NCBI RefSeq assembly: GCF_000299365.1
Contig: NC_018655.1
Location: 1 to 32,000 of the forward strand
Reading direction: 5' to 3'
DNA: 32,000 nt
From: Candidatus Nitrosopumilus koreensis AR1
GTDB taxonomy: Archaea; Thermoproteota; Nitrososphaeria; Nitrososphaerales; Nitrosopumilaceae
A program made the position numbers and the translations under genes. Below, piece by piece: positions 1 to 8,069 of the stretch (its first letter is position 1; every line of letters begins with the position of its first letter). Below the pieces are notes generated by a model. That model worked only from the letters and a program-made list of their open reading frames with translations, searched no databases and was not told the DNA's origin.

Positions 1-113
1 ACTGCAGTTTGGATTCGTGGCTTTAATGCACCTTGAGGCTTTACTGCTTCACGGAGTTTGCCAGTTACGCTTTGGGTCTCTTGTCGAGCCCAAGTCTTGT
101 CGAAGTTTGGCAT
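1..113 (-). CDS. N-terminus of ESCRT-III-like / CdvB-family (Snf7-like) protein, truncated by window edge
   Basis: Reverse strand from ATG at 111-113 reads MPNFDKTWARQETQSVTGKLREAVKPQGALKPRIQTA and stays open to the window edge. The KLREAVKPQGxLKPRI start resembles thaumarchaeal CdvB-type proteins, but only 37 codons are visible. Confidence 0.55.
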   Translation of the reverse strand, partial: MPNFDKTWARQETQSVTGKLREAVKPQGALKPRIQTA

Positions 114-217
114 GACTTGAATTTAGAAATTTAGTCTTAATGCATAGTGTAAATTTAGATCAGTTTTTGGCTAAAATTAGCTAACAAACTATATTCTGAG
201 ACTCTTTTTGTAATGTT

Positions 218-973
218 GTGGCTAGAATTGCAGTTTTTGATTCAGGACTAGGCTCACTATCCATAATTCAAGAGATGCAAAAATCATTCAAATCTCAAAT
301 CATCTATTTTGCTGATCAACAAAATTATCCATATGGCAAAAAATCTCAGGCTCAATTGAATAGAATCATGAAAAAATCTATCAAATTATTGCATGGTTTT
401 TCACCAGATTTCATAGTTGTTGCATCAAACACACCAAGTCTTATGTTAAATTTGTCTACATCAAAAATTTTTGATGTAAAACCCCCGCTTAAAGAAGCAA
501 AAAAACTCTCAAAGTCAAAACATATCGGAATTCTTGCAACTGAATCTGCCATAAGAAGTAAGGGGATGTCAAAATACATCCAAAAAAACATTTCAAAATC
601 TTTTAAAATTTCCAAAATTAATGGTTCCAAACTTGTAGATTTAGTTGAATCTGGAAAATTTCTTACAGAAAAAAAATTTTGCAAAAAAATTATTAAAAAA
701 GAACTAAAAATACTTGTTCAAAATCAAATTGATGTGGTCACATTGTCTAGTACACATTTGCCCTTCTTAAAAAAATATTTAGAACAAGAATTTCCAAATA
801 TACGATTTATTGATCCAGGAAATATTGTAGCTAAAAAAATCTTTTTAAAAATAAAAAATACACAATCAAAAAGAAATTCTTTGAAAATTTTTACCTCAGG
901 AAACATAAAGAGTTTTCAATCAAAACTGTCAAAGATAGGAATCAAAAACAAAGTTAATTTTTTGACTTTTTAG
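218..973 (+). CDS. Glutamate/aspartate racemase-family protein (MurI-like) with both expected catalytic Cys replaced by Ser
   Basis: GTG start; VFDSGLGSLS, PYGKKS, VVASNTPS and TLSSTHLPFL align with MurI landmarks FDSGxGGLS, PYGxK, ACNT and GCTH. Confidence 0.75.
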   Translation: MARIAVFDSGLGSLSIIQEMQKSFKSQIIYFADQQNYPYGKKSQAQLNRIMKKSIKLLHGFSPDFIVVASNTPSLMLNLSTSKIFDVKPPLKEAKKLSKSKHIGILATESAIRSKGMSKYIQKNISKSFKISKINGSKLVDLVESGKFLTEKKFCKKIIKKELKILVQNQIDVVTLSSTHLPFLKKYLEQEFPNIRFIDPGNIVAKKIFLKIKNTQSKRNSLKIFTSGNIKSFQSKLSKIGIKNKVNFLTF

Positions 974-1724
974 CTTTTCTATAACCATGACTAAATTTTT
1001 TATCATATAATTTGGAATACTCGTATGTTTGTGGATCAATTACATCACTAATAATTACAATGGCAGTTCTAGTGATCTTTTCTTCTTTTAGTTTTTTTGC
1101 AATATCTGCAAGAGTTCCCTTGATTATTTTTTGATCCTTCCAACTTGCTCTATACACTACAGCAACAGGTGTTGATTTTTTGTATCCACCTGCAATTGCT
1201 TCTTTAACTAAATTTGAAATTAAATGAACACTAAGATAGAAAATTAAAGTTGCTTTGTGTTTTGCCAACTCTGAAATTTTTTCTCTTTTTGGAACTTTAG
1301 TTCTGGATTCTGCTCTAGTTACAATAATGGTTTGGGTAACTCCTGGAAGAGTCAATTGTGTTCCTAGAGCAGCAGCTGAGGCTAAAAATGCAGTAATTCC
1401 AGGTACAACTGTAGATTTTATTCCTTTCTTTGTAAGATTATCAATCTGCTCTTTTATTGCACCATAAATTGATGGATCTCCATCGTGTAGTCTTACAACA
1501 AGTTTGTCTTTTTTTGCGTTCTTGTACAATAACTCGAATATCTCTTCTCTTACCATTCCAGCAGCATCATAGAGTTTTCCTTTTTTACATAATTTCAAAA
1601 TGGATTCTGGAATCAAAGAACCAGAATAAACTATAACCTCTGCCTTCTGAATCAACTTTTTTGCTTTGACTGTAATTAGTTCTGGATCTCCTGGTCCACA
1701 ACCAACAAAAAATACATCAGACAC
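954..1724 (-). CDS. cbiF: Cobalt-precorrin-4 / precorrin-4 C11-methyltransferase
   Basis: FFVGCGPGDPELITVKAKKLI, VVRLHDGDPSIYGAIKEQ and a PGITAFLASAAALGTQLTLPG core typical of CbiF/CobM. Confidence 0.92.
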   Translation of the reverse strand: MSDVFFVGCGPGDPELITVKAKKLIQKAEVIVYSGSLIPESILKLCKKGKLYDAAGMVREEIFELLYKNAKKDKLVVRLHDGDPSIYGAIKEQIDNLTKKGIKSTVVPGITAFLASAAALGTQLTLPGVTQTIIVTRAESRTKVPKREKISELAKHKATLIFYLSVHLISNLVKEAIAGGYKKSTPVAVVYRASWKDQKIIKGTLADIAKKLKEEKITRTAIVIISDVIDPQTYEYSKLYDKKFSHGYRKAKKSKN

Positions 1725-2439
1725 GTTTTACCACCAGAATTGAAAAATATTTTGTAGTCAATGTATCATCATTTACTTCACCTAAAGTCATCTTTCTGAT
1801 TATTTCATTTTCAGTTCCTAGGTCTTGTCCTATTGCAAATATTGAATTATCTGGGAAACCAGATTCCTTTAGAACATTAATTACTTGATCAAAATATCTA
1901 CCATCTTTAAGAAATATCATGGATTCAGAATTTTTTGCAATCTCTTTAACACTGCTTAGATCATAACATGATGGGATTATTGCAACTTTTTCTGCACCTT
2001 CTGCAATACTTACTCCAACTTTTGATGCAAATGTAAACATTGAAACAATTCCGGGAATTACACTGATATCTATTTCAGGATATTTTTCAGTTATATCCCT
2101 GTGCATGTATATCCATGTACTATATAGAAATGGATCACCTACTGTAAGATAGACTACGTTTTTTCCTAATAATACAGTTTCAGCCATAATTTTTGCATTT
2201 CTTTTCCAAGTTTCTTCAAGGACATCTTTGTCTTTTGTCATAGGAAAGATTAGTTTAATGATCTCTTGATTTTTTGATTTGTCAATAATTGAATCAACAA
2301 CAGATAATGCGATACTGGGTCTATCTTCTTTTGAGGCAGGACACATGATAATGTCTGCATTTTGAATTGCCTTTACAGCTTTGACTGTGAGAAGTTCAGG
2401 ATCTCCAGGACCTACTCCTATTCCTATTAATCCAGGCAT
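1717..2439 (-). CDS. cbiL: Precorrin-2 / cobalt-factor-2 C20-methyltransferase
   Basis: GIGVGPGDPELLTVKAVKAI, LTVGDPFLYSTW and VIPGIVSMF tetrapyrrole methylase motifs; overlaps the cbiF start by 8 nt on the same strand. Confidence 0.88.
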   Translation of the reverse strand: MPGLIGIGVGPGDPELLTVKAVKAIQNADIIMCPASKEDRPSIALSVVDSIIDKSKNQEIIKLIFPMTKDKDVLEETWKRNAKIMAETVLLGKNVVYLTVGDPFLYSTWIYMHRDITEKYPEIDISVIPGIVSMFTFASKVGVSIAEGAEKVAIIPSCYDLSSVKEIAKNSESMIFLKDGRYFDQVINVLKESGFPDNSIFAIGQDLGTENEIIRKMTLGEVNDDTLTTKYFSILVVKRV

Positions 2440-2474
2440 GAAAGAAGTGAATTTTCTCCCAATTAAAAGCTAGA

Positions 2475-3065
2475 TTAGATTTTGGTAGCAGAAATTATGG
2501 TTACAGGATTTCTTGCAAGCATCATGGTTCCTGTAGTTGTTTTTCTGCTCTTTGATATCGTTACCTGAGTAATGTCAACTGCTTCAAATTGCAATTTATC
2601 TAAAACTTGTAACACGGAATATAGTGTTTCAATAAGGATAATTCCAATCACAATTCGCCCTCTAGATTTTAACTTATTCTCTGCCAACTCTACGATTTCT
2701 TTGGTATCTGCACCAGTTCCTCCAACAAATATTACATCAGCATCTTCAAGTTTGGATATTTCCTCTTTAGCGTTTCCAAATATTGCCGAAATATTTGAGA
2801 TGCCAAATTTTTTTGCATTTTTTTTTGTCAAATCTACTGCGTTTTGATCATAGTCAATTGCCAAAACTTTTCCAGACGACTCTACCTGAAGTGCCGATTC
2901 TACAGAAATAGAACCGCTACCACAACCAATATCATAAACAGTCTGTCCTGGTTTTAGTCTTGCCTTGCTGATTTGTATGGTTCTTACTTCTTCTTTTGTT
3001 ATGGGAACTTTTTCGGTTCTTTCAAACTCTTCATCAGGAATTCCAGGAGTTTTGTAATTCCACAT
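2475..3065 (-). CDS. cbiT: Cobalt-precorrin-6B C15-methyltransferase (decarboxylating)
   Basis: GIPDEEFERTEKVPITKEEVRTI and the SAM-binding motif VYDIGCGSGSISVESA, characteristic of CbiT; lies in the cbi gene run. Confidence 0.88.
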   Translation of the reverse strand: MWNYKTPGIPDEEFERTEKVPITKEEVRTIQISKARLKPGQTVYDIGCGSGSISVESALQVESSGKVLAIDYDQNAVDLTKKNAKKFGISNISAIFGNAKEEISKLEDADVIFVGGTGADTKEIVELAENKLKSRGRIVIGIILIETLYSVLQVLDKLQFEAVDITQVTISKSRKTTTGTMMLARNPVTIISATKI

Positions 3066-3095
3066 TAGACAATCACCTTTTGTAGGATGATTCTG

Positions 3096-3572
3096 CTAGA
3101 TGTTAATTCCAGTAGAAACACTTCCAGAATGAACTAGTGTATAAGTTACAATCCATGTAAACAAATACAAGAAAACATAGCTACCAATCGCTTGTGTAAC
3201 AACCTTCTTTCTGTCTGAAGATGGTAACTGCATCTTCATTCCCTTTGCAATAATTATTGTTCCAAAAAATACGATAATCATAAATCCAATAGATGCCCAT
3301 CTTCTTTCTTCCCCTTCAATGTCTTCAAAGATGAAGGTTGCTGCAGTACCAGCAATAACCGCTAGTGCTACACGTAGCCAAAATAATTTATTTAATTTTC
3401 TATCTTTTTCACTTTTCTCAGCCTCACTAATTTGAGGTTCCTTGGGTTTTTCAGGAGTCGTAGATTCTGGTTTTTCTGTTTCAGGAATATCTGTTGACTC
3501 CTCTTTAGACTCCTTCTTAGAGTCTTCAGGCTCAGGTGTGGGTTTTGATTTTTTCTTTTTGAATCTTGCCAA
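3096..3572 (-). CDS. Hypothetical membrane protein with long charged N-terminal tail and predicted transmembrane helices
   Basis: K/E/P-rich first ~65 aa, then hydrophobic stretches WLRVALAVIAGTAATFIF, WASIGFMIIVFFGTIIIA and IGSYVFLYLFTWIVTYTLV. Confidence 0.6.
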   Translation of the reverse strand: MARFKKKKSKPTPEPEDSKKESKEESTDIPETEKPESTTPEKPKEPQISEAEKSEKDRKLNKLFWLRVALAVIAGTAATFIFEDIEGEERRWASIGFMIIVFFGTIIIAKGMKMQLPSSDRKKVVTQAIGSYVFLYLFTWIVTYTLVHSGSVSTGINI

Positions 3573-3644
3573 TTAAATTTCTAGCGTGTCTCAAGCAAAC
3601 CATGTTTAATATCTTTGGTCAAAAATTGAGCACGTCATAGCAAG

Positions 3645-3655
3645 GGTATAATTTT
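3645..3655 (+). promoter_or_regulatory. Candidate TATA-like element upstream of the NFACT gene
   Basis: GTATAATTTTA is centred about 26 nt before the ATG at 3676, the spacing expected for a leaderless archaeal transcript. Confidence 0.35.
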
Positions 3656-3666
3656 AGATGTAAAAT

Positions 3667-5622
3667 ATGATAGCTATGGCATTATCTGGAATAGAATTAC
3701 GATATTTGGTAGATAAAATCTCAGAGCAAGTTGAAGACTACTATGTAAGTAACATCTATGGGATAACAAAAGACAGCATACTCTTCAAGCTACATCATAC
3801 TGAAAAGAGTGATCTCTTCATGATGATCTCGACTTCAGGAGTTTGGTTAACTGAAGTAAAAATTGATCAAGTGGAACCAAACAAGCTACTCAAAAGATTA
3901 CGAAGTGATCTTCTCAGGTTAAAATTAAAAAAGATAAAACAGATTGGGGCAGAACGAATTGCGTACTTTACATTTGAAGGATTTGGAAAAGAGTTTGTGT
4001 TAGTTGGTGAATTTTTTGGTGATGGGAATATCTTACTCTGTAATGATGAAATGAAGATTCTAGCATTGCAGCATTCAATTGATGTAAGACACAGAAAGCT
4101 AAGTGTAGGTTTAGAATATGTCACGCCTCCTCAAAGTGGGCTGGACATTTTTAATTTATCAGAATCTGACTTTGAAGATATTAAAACTACTGAACTGGTC
4201 GCAGCAAAATGGTTTGGAAGAACTCTGGGTTTACCAAAAAAATATGTTGAAGGTATTTTTGAAATTGCAAACGTAGATCCAAAAAAAATTGGAAATCTCT
4301 TAACTGATTTAGAAATTAAAAGAATCTTTGAGACCACAAAAAAAATTGTTTCAGATATTATTTCAGAAAATCATGATCCTGTAATTGTAAGAAATGAAAA
4401 AACAGAAGTTTTGCCAATCCAGCTTGGAAAATTAGAAGGTAATGTTACTAAAACAAACAGCTTCATAGAAGGACTAGATACTGTTTTTACACAAAACATC
4501 GTAGAGAAAGGAAAATCCATCCAATCAAGTGGTTCTAGTAAGAAGATAAAGGAACTCCAAACCCAAATTTCTGAGCAAGAAAAAGCAATTGAAACAGTAA
4601 AAGAGAGATCAAAAAATATCACAAATGTAGCAAATTCTCTTTTTGAGATGGTCTCAAAAGGAATTATATCAATTGAGGATGCATCGGCCCAAGAAATTTT
4701 ATCAAATAACAATGCAAAACTGATTACTGAAAAAGGAATTCCACTAATTGTAATTCAGGATGAAAAAATAAAGATAAACATCAAAGCTCCTCTTCAGTCA
4801 ATTGCATCTACATTATTTAATGAAGCAAAGAAGCAGTCAGGTGCAATCAGCTCAATCGAAGAGATCAAATCAAAAACCTTGAAAAAATTAGAAAAATTAC
4901 AAAATAAAACGGACTCTGAAAAAGATTCAGTTCTGGTTTCTGAAATTAGAAAGAAGAATTGGTATGAAAGGTATAGGTGGTTTTACACATCTGATGGATT
5001 TTTGGTAATTGGTGGCAGAGATGCTGCATCAAACTCAGCTGTTGTAAGAAAACATTTGGCCAAAAATGATAAAATTTTTCACGGTGACATTTTCGGTTCT
5101 CCATTTTTTATTATCAAAGATGCACAAAATGCACCTGATACTAGTATGAATGAAGTTGCACATGCTACAGTTTGTTTTAGTAGAGCATGGAGAGAAGGAA
5201 TGTATGGTGTAAGTGCATACTGGGTTAATCCAGAACAAGTGAAAAAATCTGCTCCAAGTGGAGAATTTCTTCCAAAAGGATCATTTACAATTGAAGGACA
5301 GAGAAATTTCATTAAGAGTGGAAATCTCAAACTAGCTGTGGGAATTATACCGCAAGAAGATGGCTATGCGTTAACATGCGGCCCTCCAGATCCAATTAAA
5401 AAAAACTCGATCTGTTATGCAATAATTGAACCTCAAGGAATTGAGATGGTGGATGCTGCAAAAAAAATTAAGATAGAGTTCTTAAAAATTCATGAAGAAA
5501 TTACTAAAAAAATTAGTATTGATGAATTTGTTCGTGTAATGCCTGCAGGAAAAAGCCAGGTAAAAGATGTGAGTAGGGGCGAAGCAGATATTCAAAATTT
5601 TATTGATAGTGAATTGGATTAG
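3667..5622 (+). CDS. rqcH: NFACT-family ribosome quality-control factor (RqcH/Tae2-like; fibronectin-binding-like)
   Basis: N-terminal LSGIELRYLVDKISE, and an NFACT-R domain with KKNWYERYRWFYTSDGFLVIGGRDAASNSAVVRKHL and FHGDIFGSPFFIIK. Real start may be ATG 3676. Confidence 0.88.
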   Translation: MIAMALSGIELRYLVDKISEQVEDYYVSNIYGITKDSILFKLHHTEKSDLFMMISTSGVWLTEVKIDQVEPNKLLKRLRSDLLRLKLKKIKQIGAERIAYFTFEGFGKEFVLVGEFFGDGNILLCNDEMKILALQHSIDVRHRKLSVGLEYVTPPQSGLDIFNLSESDFEDIKTTELVAAKWFGRTLGLPKKYVEGIFEIANVDPKKIGNLLTDLEIKRIFETTKKIVSDIISENHDPVIVRNEKTEVLPIQLGKLEGNVTKTNSFIEGLDTVFTQNIVEKGKSIQSSGSSKKIKELQTQISEQEKAIETVKERSKNITNVANSLFEMVSKGIISIEDASAQEILSNNNAKLITEKGIPLIVIQDEKIKINIKAPLQSIASTLFNEAKKQSGAISSIEEIKSKTLKKLEKLQNKTDSEKDSVLVSEIRKKNWYERYRWFYTSDGFLVIGGRDAASNSAVVRKHLAKNDKIFHGDIFGSPFFIIKDAQNAPDTSMNEVAHATVCFSRAWREGMYGVSAYWVNPEQVKKSAPSGEFLPKGSFTIEGQRNFIKSGNLKLAVGIIPQEDGYALTCGPPDPIKKNSICYAIIEPQGIEMVDAAKKIKIEFLKIHEEITKKISIDEFVRVMPAGKSQVKDVSRGEADIQNFIDSELD

Positions 5623-5986
5623 CAGAATCAGTGTCAAGTGATAATTTCATTCCGTTATTAATTGAAGAAAATTCTTTCTCAGATAGAATTACTAGTGGTA
5701 TGTTTGCAAGTGCACACCCAGTAGCCACTGTAAGATCTGCCTTTTGACAAATCATTGCAAGAGGTGCAGTACCATTTGATTTGATAGAATAAATTGTATA
5801 TGCGCCAACACTACTTCCAACACCTGAAGGAAAAACTAGAATCGTATCTTTGATTGATTTTTGATATAGGTCATGACTTTTGTCACTAATGACTCCAGTT
5901 TTTTTATCTACCGTACCTAGAAAATTAATGGCATCTCTTGATTTTAGGACGGTCCCTTCAACTTTTCCTGAAACTAATACCTTCAT
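5600..5986 (-). CDS. Phosphomevalonate dehydratase small subunit (aconitase X swivel domain, DUF126)
   Basis: KVEGTVLKSRDAINFLGTVDKKTGVISD and VFPSGVGSSVGAYTIYSIKSNGTAP are typical of the aconitase X swivel domain; adjacent to the large subunit with a 4-nt overlap. Confidence 0.85.
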   Translation of the reverse strand: MKVLVSGKVEGTVLKSRDAINFLGTVDKKTGVISDKSHDLYQKSIKDTILVFPSGVGSSVGAYTIYSIKSNGTAPLAMICQKADLTVATGCALANIPLVILSEKEFSSINNGMKLSLDTDSANPIHYQ

Positions 5987-7137
5987 CTCGTCTCATCTTC
6001 TATGATTTGGGATAGTGGTTTTAGATTTACACCAACACCATTGGAATTTTTTAGATAAAATGCACCCTTGATGCTATTAGTGGTGACTGCATCAACATTG
6101 TCTTTGTTAATTAGAGGAGTAAGACAGGTACAACAATCAGAGAGAATCTCGCATCCAGCACGTTCTAATTCATTTGTATAACCAATCTTTCTTGCTTGTT
6201 CTTTTACAGTTCTTGGAGTAAATACCATGCATCTCTTCTCAAATGAACGACCCTTTAGTTTTTCAGCAAGATCTGAAATCTCTTCTAACCCTAACTGTGG
6301 ACTACCAAGTGTAATGATATCACCTTTCTCAGATGTGTTTAATTCATCATGAACGTTTTGCATTGCTTTCTCATCAAAATCTATTTTTTCAGAGTCTGGA
6401 TCGCCTTCTCCAAAAATAAATTTGGCACACGTTCCAGAAGTTCCCATTCCACCACACATTGCCTTACATTGACGATTATCCATCTCGCCTAAACCCAAAA
6501 TATTTACAGAAACATCTCCAACTTTACCTGCAAAAAATCCTAACATTCCATATGTGAGTTCATTTGGATTGTCCACTTTCATTTTGATTGTTACGTTTGG
6601 AGAATCATCTTTACGCAATGATGAATATGGACTTTTTCCAGTTAATGCACTAGCTAAAGCACTAAACGCACTTTCCTTATTTGTTTTCAAGTTATCATAA
6701 GAATTTGCATGAATTGCTGCATTGCTTTCTGCAAATGCAACCTGAGTTCCATCTTTTGGAATATCAAAAATTTCGTAAGGTATACATGAAAAAGATGGAA
6801 TCACACCCATTGCCTCATAGGATTTTCTAATCGATAGTTGTTTTGAAATAAAATTCTCATCTAAACCATAATCATGTACATTGTCAATATCAAATCCCAT
6901 TGGATTCAGAGTTGTCTTTACTTTTACTCTGGCATCTTTACTAATATTTGAGAGAAATTCCTCACCTGCATCACCTATGGTGTTGTAATTCACTCCTGAG
7001 AGATGGGTCCATTCAATTGGGATCAGTTTTTCTGCATCTGTTGCCTCGCCTGTTGCGACAAGAATTCTGTATGCCATTTGCATAATTTCACCTTGCTCGC
7101 CTTTTAGTGCAGATTCTTCTCCTCTAGTTAATTCCAA
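5983..7137 (-). CDS. Phosphomevalonate dehydratase large subunit (aconitase X catalytic, DUF521)
   Basis: LTRGEESALKGEQGEIMQMAYRILVATGEATDAEKLIPIEWTHLSGVNY and VFTPRTVKEQARKIGYTNELERAGCEILSDCC. Confidence 0.88.
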   Translation of the reverse strand: MELTRGEESALKGEQGEIMQMAYRILVATGEATDAEKLIPIEWTHLSGVNYNTIGDAGEEFLSNISKDARVKVKTTLNPMGFDIDNVHDYGLDENFISKQLSIRKSYEAMGVIPSFSCIPYEIFDIPKDGTQVAFAESNAAIHANSYDNLKTNKESAFSALASALTGKSPYSSLRKDDSPNVTIKMKVDNPNELTYGMLGFFAGKVGDVSVNILGLGEMDNRQCKAMCGGMGTSGTCAKFIFGEGDPDSEKIDFDEKAMQNVHDELNTSEKGDIITLGSPQLGLEEISDLAEKLKGRSFEKRCMVFTPRTVKEQARKIGYTNELERAGCEILSDCCTCLTPLINKDNVDAVTTNSIKGAFYLKNSNGVGVNLKPLSQIIEDETR

Positions 7138-7168
7138 TGAGAGTGATTTGGATTTACAGTTATAATAC

Positions 7169-7840
7169 TTGTACGTAGTTTTTCATATGAAAATGGAAAA
7201 AATTCTAGCTAAAATGATGGATACGATGAACTCTGTAAAGACTCCACGAATAACTGCACTAAGAGATCTTCATGATGCAGAGACAGGACCATTTAGTATT
7301 TTGATTGGAACCATTCTTTCTGCAAGAACAAAAGATGAAAGTACAACTAAAGTGGTCAAAATATTATTTTCAAAATATAAAAATCCAAAACAACTTGCAA
7401 ACGCTAAGCTAAAAGATGTTGAAAAAATAATAAAACCAATTGGTTTCTATCATGTAAAATCTAAAAGAATCATTGAAGTTGCAAAAATAATTGATTCGAA
7501 ATACAAAGGCAAAGTTCCTGAAGATCTAGAAACACTAGTAGAGTTGCCAGGAGTGGGAAGAAAGACTGCAAACTGTGTCTTAGTTTATGCATTTGAAAAA
7601 CCAGCAATACCAGTTGACATTCATGTTCATAGAATTTCAAACAGAATAGGCTTAGTTGATACAAAAAATCCTGAAGAAACAGAACAAGAATTGATGAAAA
7701 AAATTGATAAAAAATTCTGGATTGACATCAATGATACTTTTGTAATGTATGGCCAAAACATTTGCAAACCAATATCCCCAATGTGTGATGTGTGCAAAAT
7801 AAAAAGAAACTGCAAGTTTTACAAATCTAAAATAACATAG
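7169..7840 (+). CDS. nth: Endonuclease III (DNA glycosylase/AP lyase)
   Basis: HhH motif LPGVGRKTANCVL, catalytic VDIHVHRISNRIG and 4Fe-4S ligands C-x6-C-x2-C-x5-C (CKPISPMCDVCKIKRNC). True start probably ATG 7187. Confidence 0.9.
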   Translation: MYVVFHMKMEKILAKMMDTMNSVKTPRITALRDLHDAETGPFSILIGTILSARTKDESTTKVVKILFSKYKNPKQLANAKLKDVEKIIKPIGFYHVKSKRIIEVAKIIDSKYKGKVPEDLETLVELPGVGRKTANCVLVYAFEKPAIPVDIHVHRISNRIGLVDTKNPEETEQELMKKIDKKFWIDINDTFVMYGQNICKPISPMCDVCKIKRNCKFYKSKIT

Positions 7841-8041
7841 ACATGAACTGTTTTTCTTAAATTTTTTATTTTGATAAATTAAATTTTTCATAAAATATGA
7901 AATTATTTTAAATCGATCAAAATTAATTGAAATTTTTTTAAAAAATTATAATTTTTCCTGTTTCCAAATTGGTACTTACTTTAATCCCTAACAACCGTAT
8001 TGGGCTCTCTTCTGACACATACTTTCCTCGTTTTTTATCTG

Positions 8042-8050
8042 TTTTAAAAT
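8042..8050 (+). promoter_or_regulatory. Candidate TATA-like element for the giant surface-protein gene
   Basis: TTTTAAAAT is centred about 25 nt before ATG 8070. Confidence 0.35.
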
Positions 8051-8069
8051 TGAATTTTTTTCATTAGAA

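Noticed and set aside
352-684. Antisense ORF opposite the racemase-like gene
   Set aside because: No recognisable domain, and the opposite strand has clear family motifs. The same reasoning applies to antisense ORFs at 1255, 2572, 3867, 4131, 4371, 5035, 5079, 10373, 10946, 13487, 13927, 13949, 14246, 15296, 16519, 17100, 18510, 21783, 23608, 24341, 25789, 26012, 26321, 26554, 27978 and 30103.
7470-7891. Minus-strand ORFs over nth and its 3' flank
   Set aside because: Opposite strand encodes a motif-complete endonuclease III; the minus ORFs have no family signal.
7841-8069. Possible non-coding RNA or mobile-element scar in the AT-rich intergenic region before the giant gene
   Set aside because: Contains T-rich runs and weak inverted A/T tracts expected for terminator and promoter DNA at this base composition. 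No stable GC-containing hairpin, terminal repeats or target-site duplications are evident.
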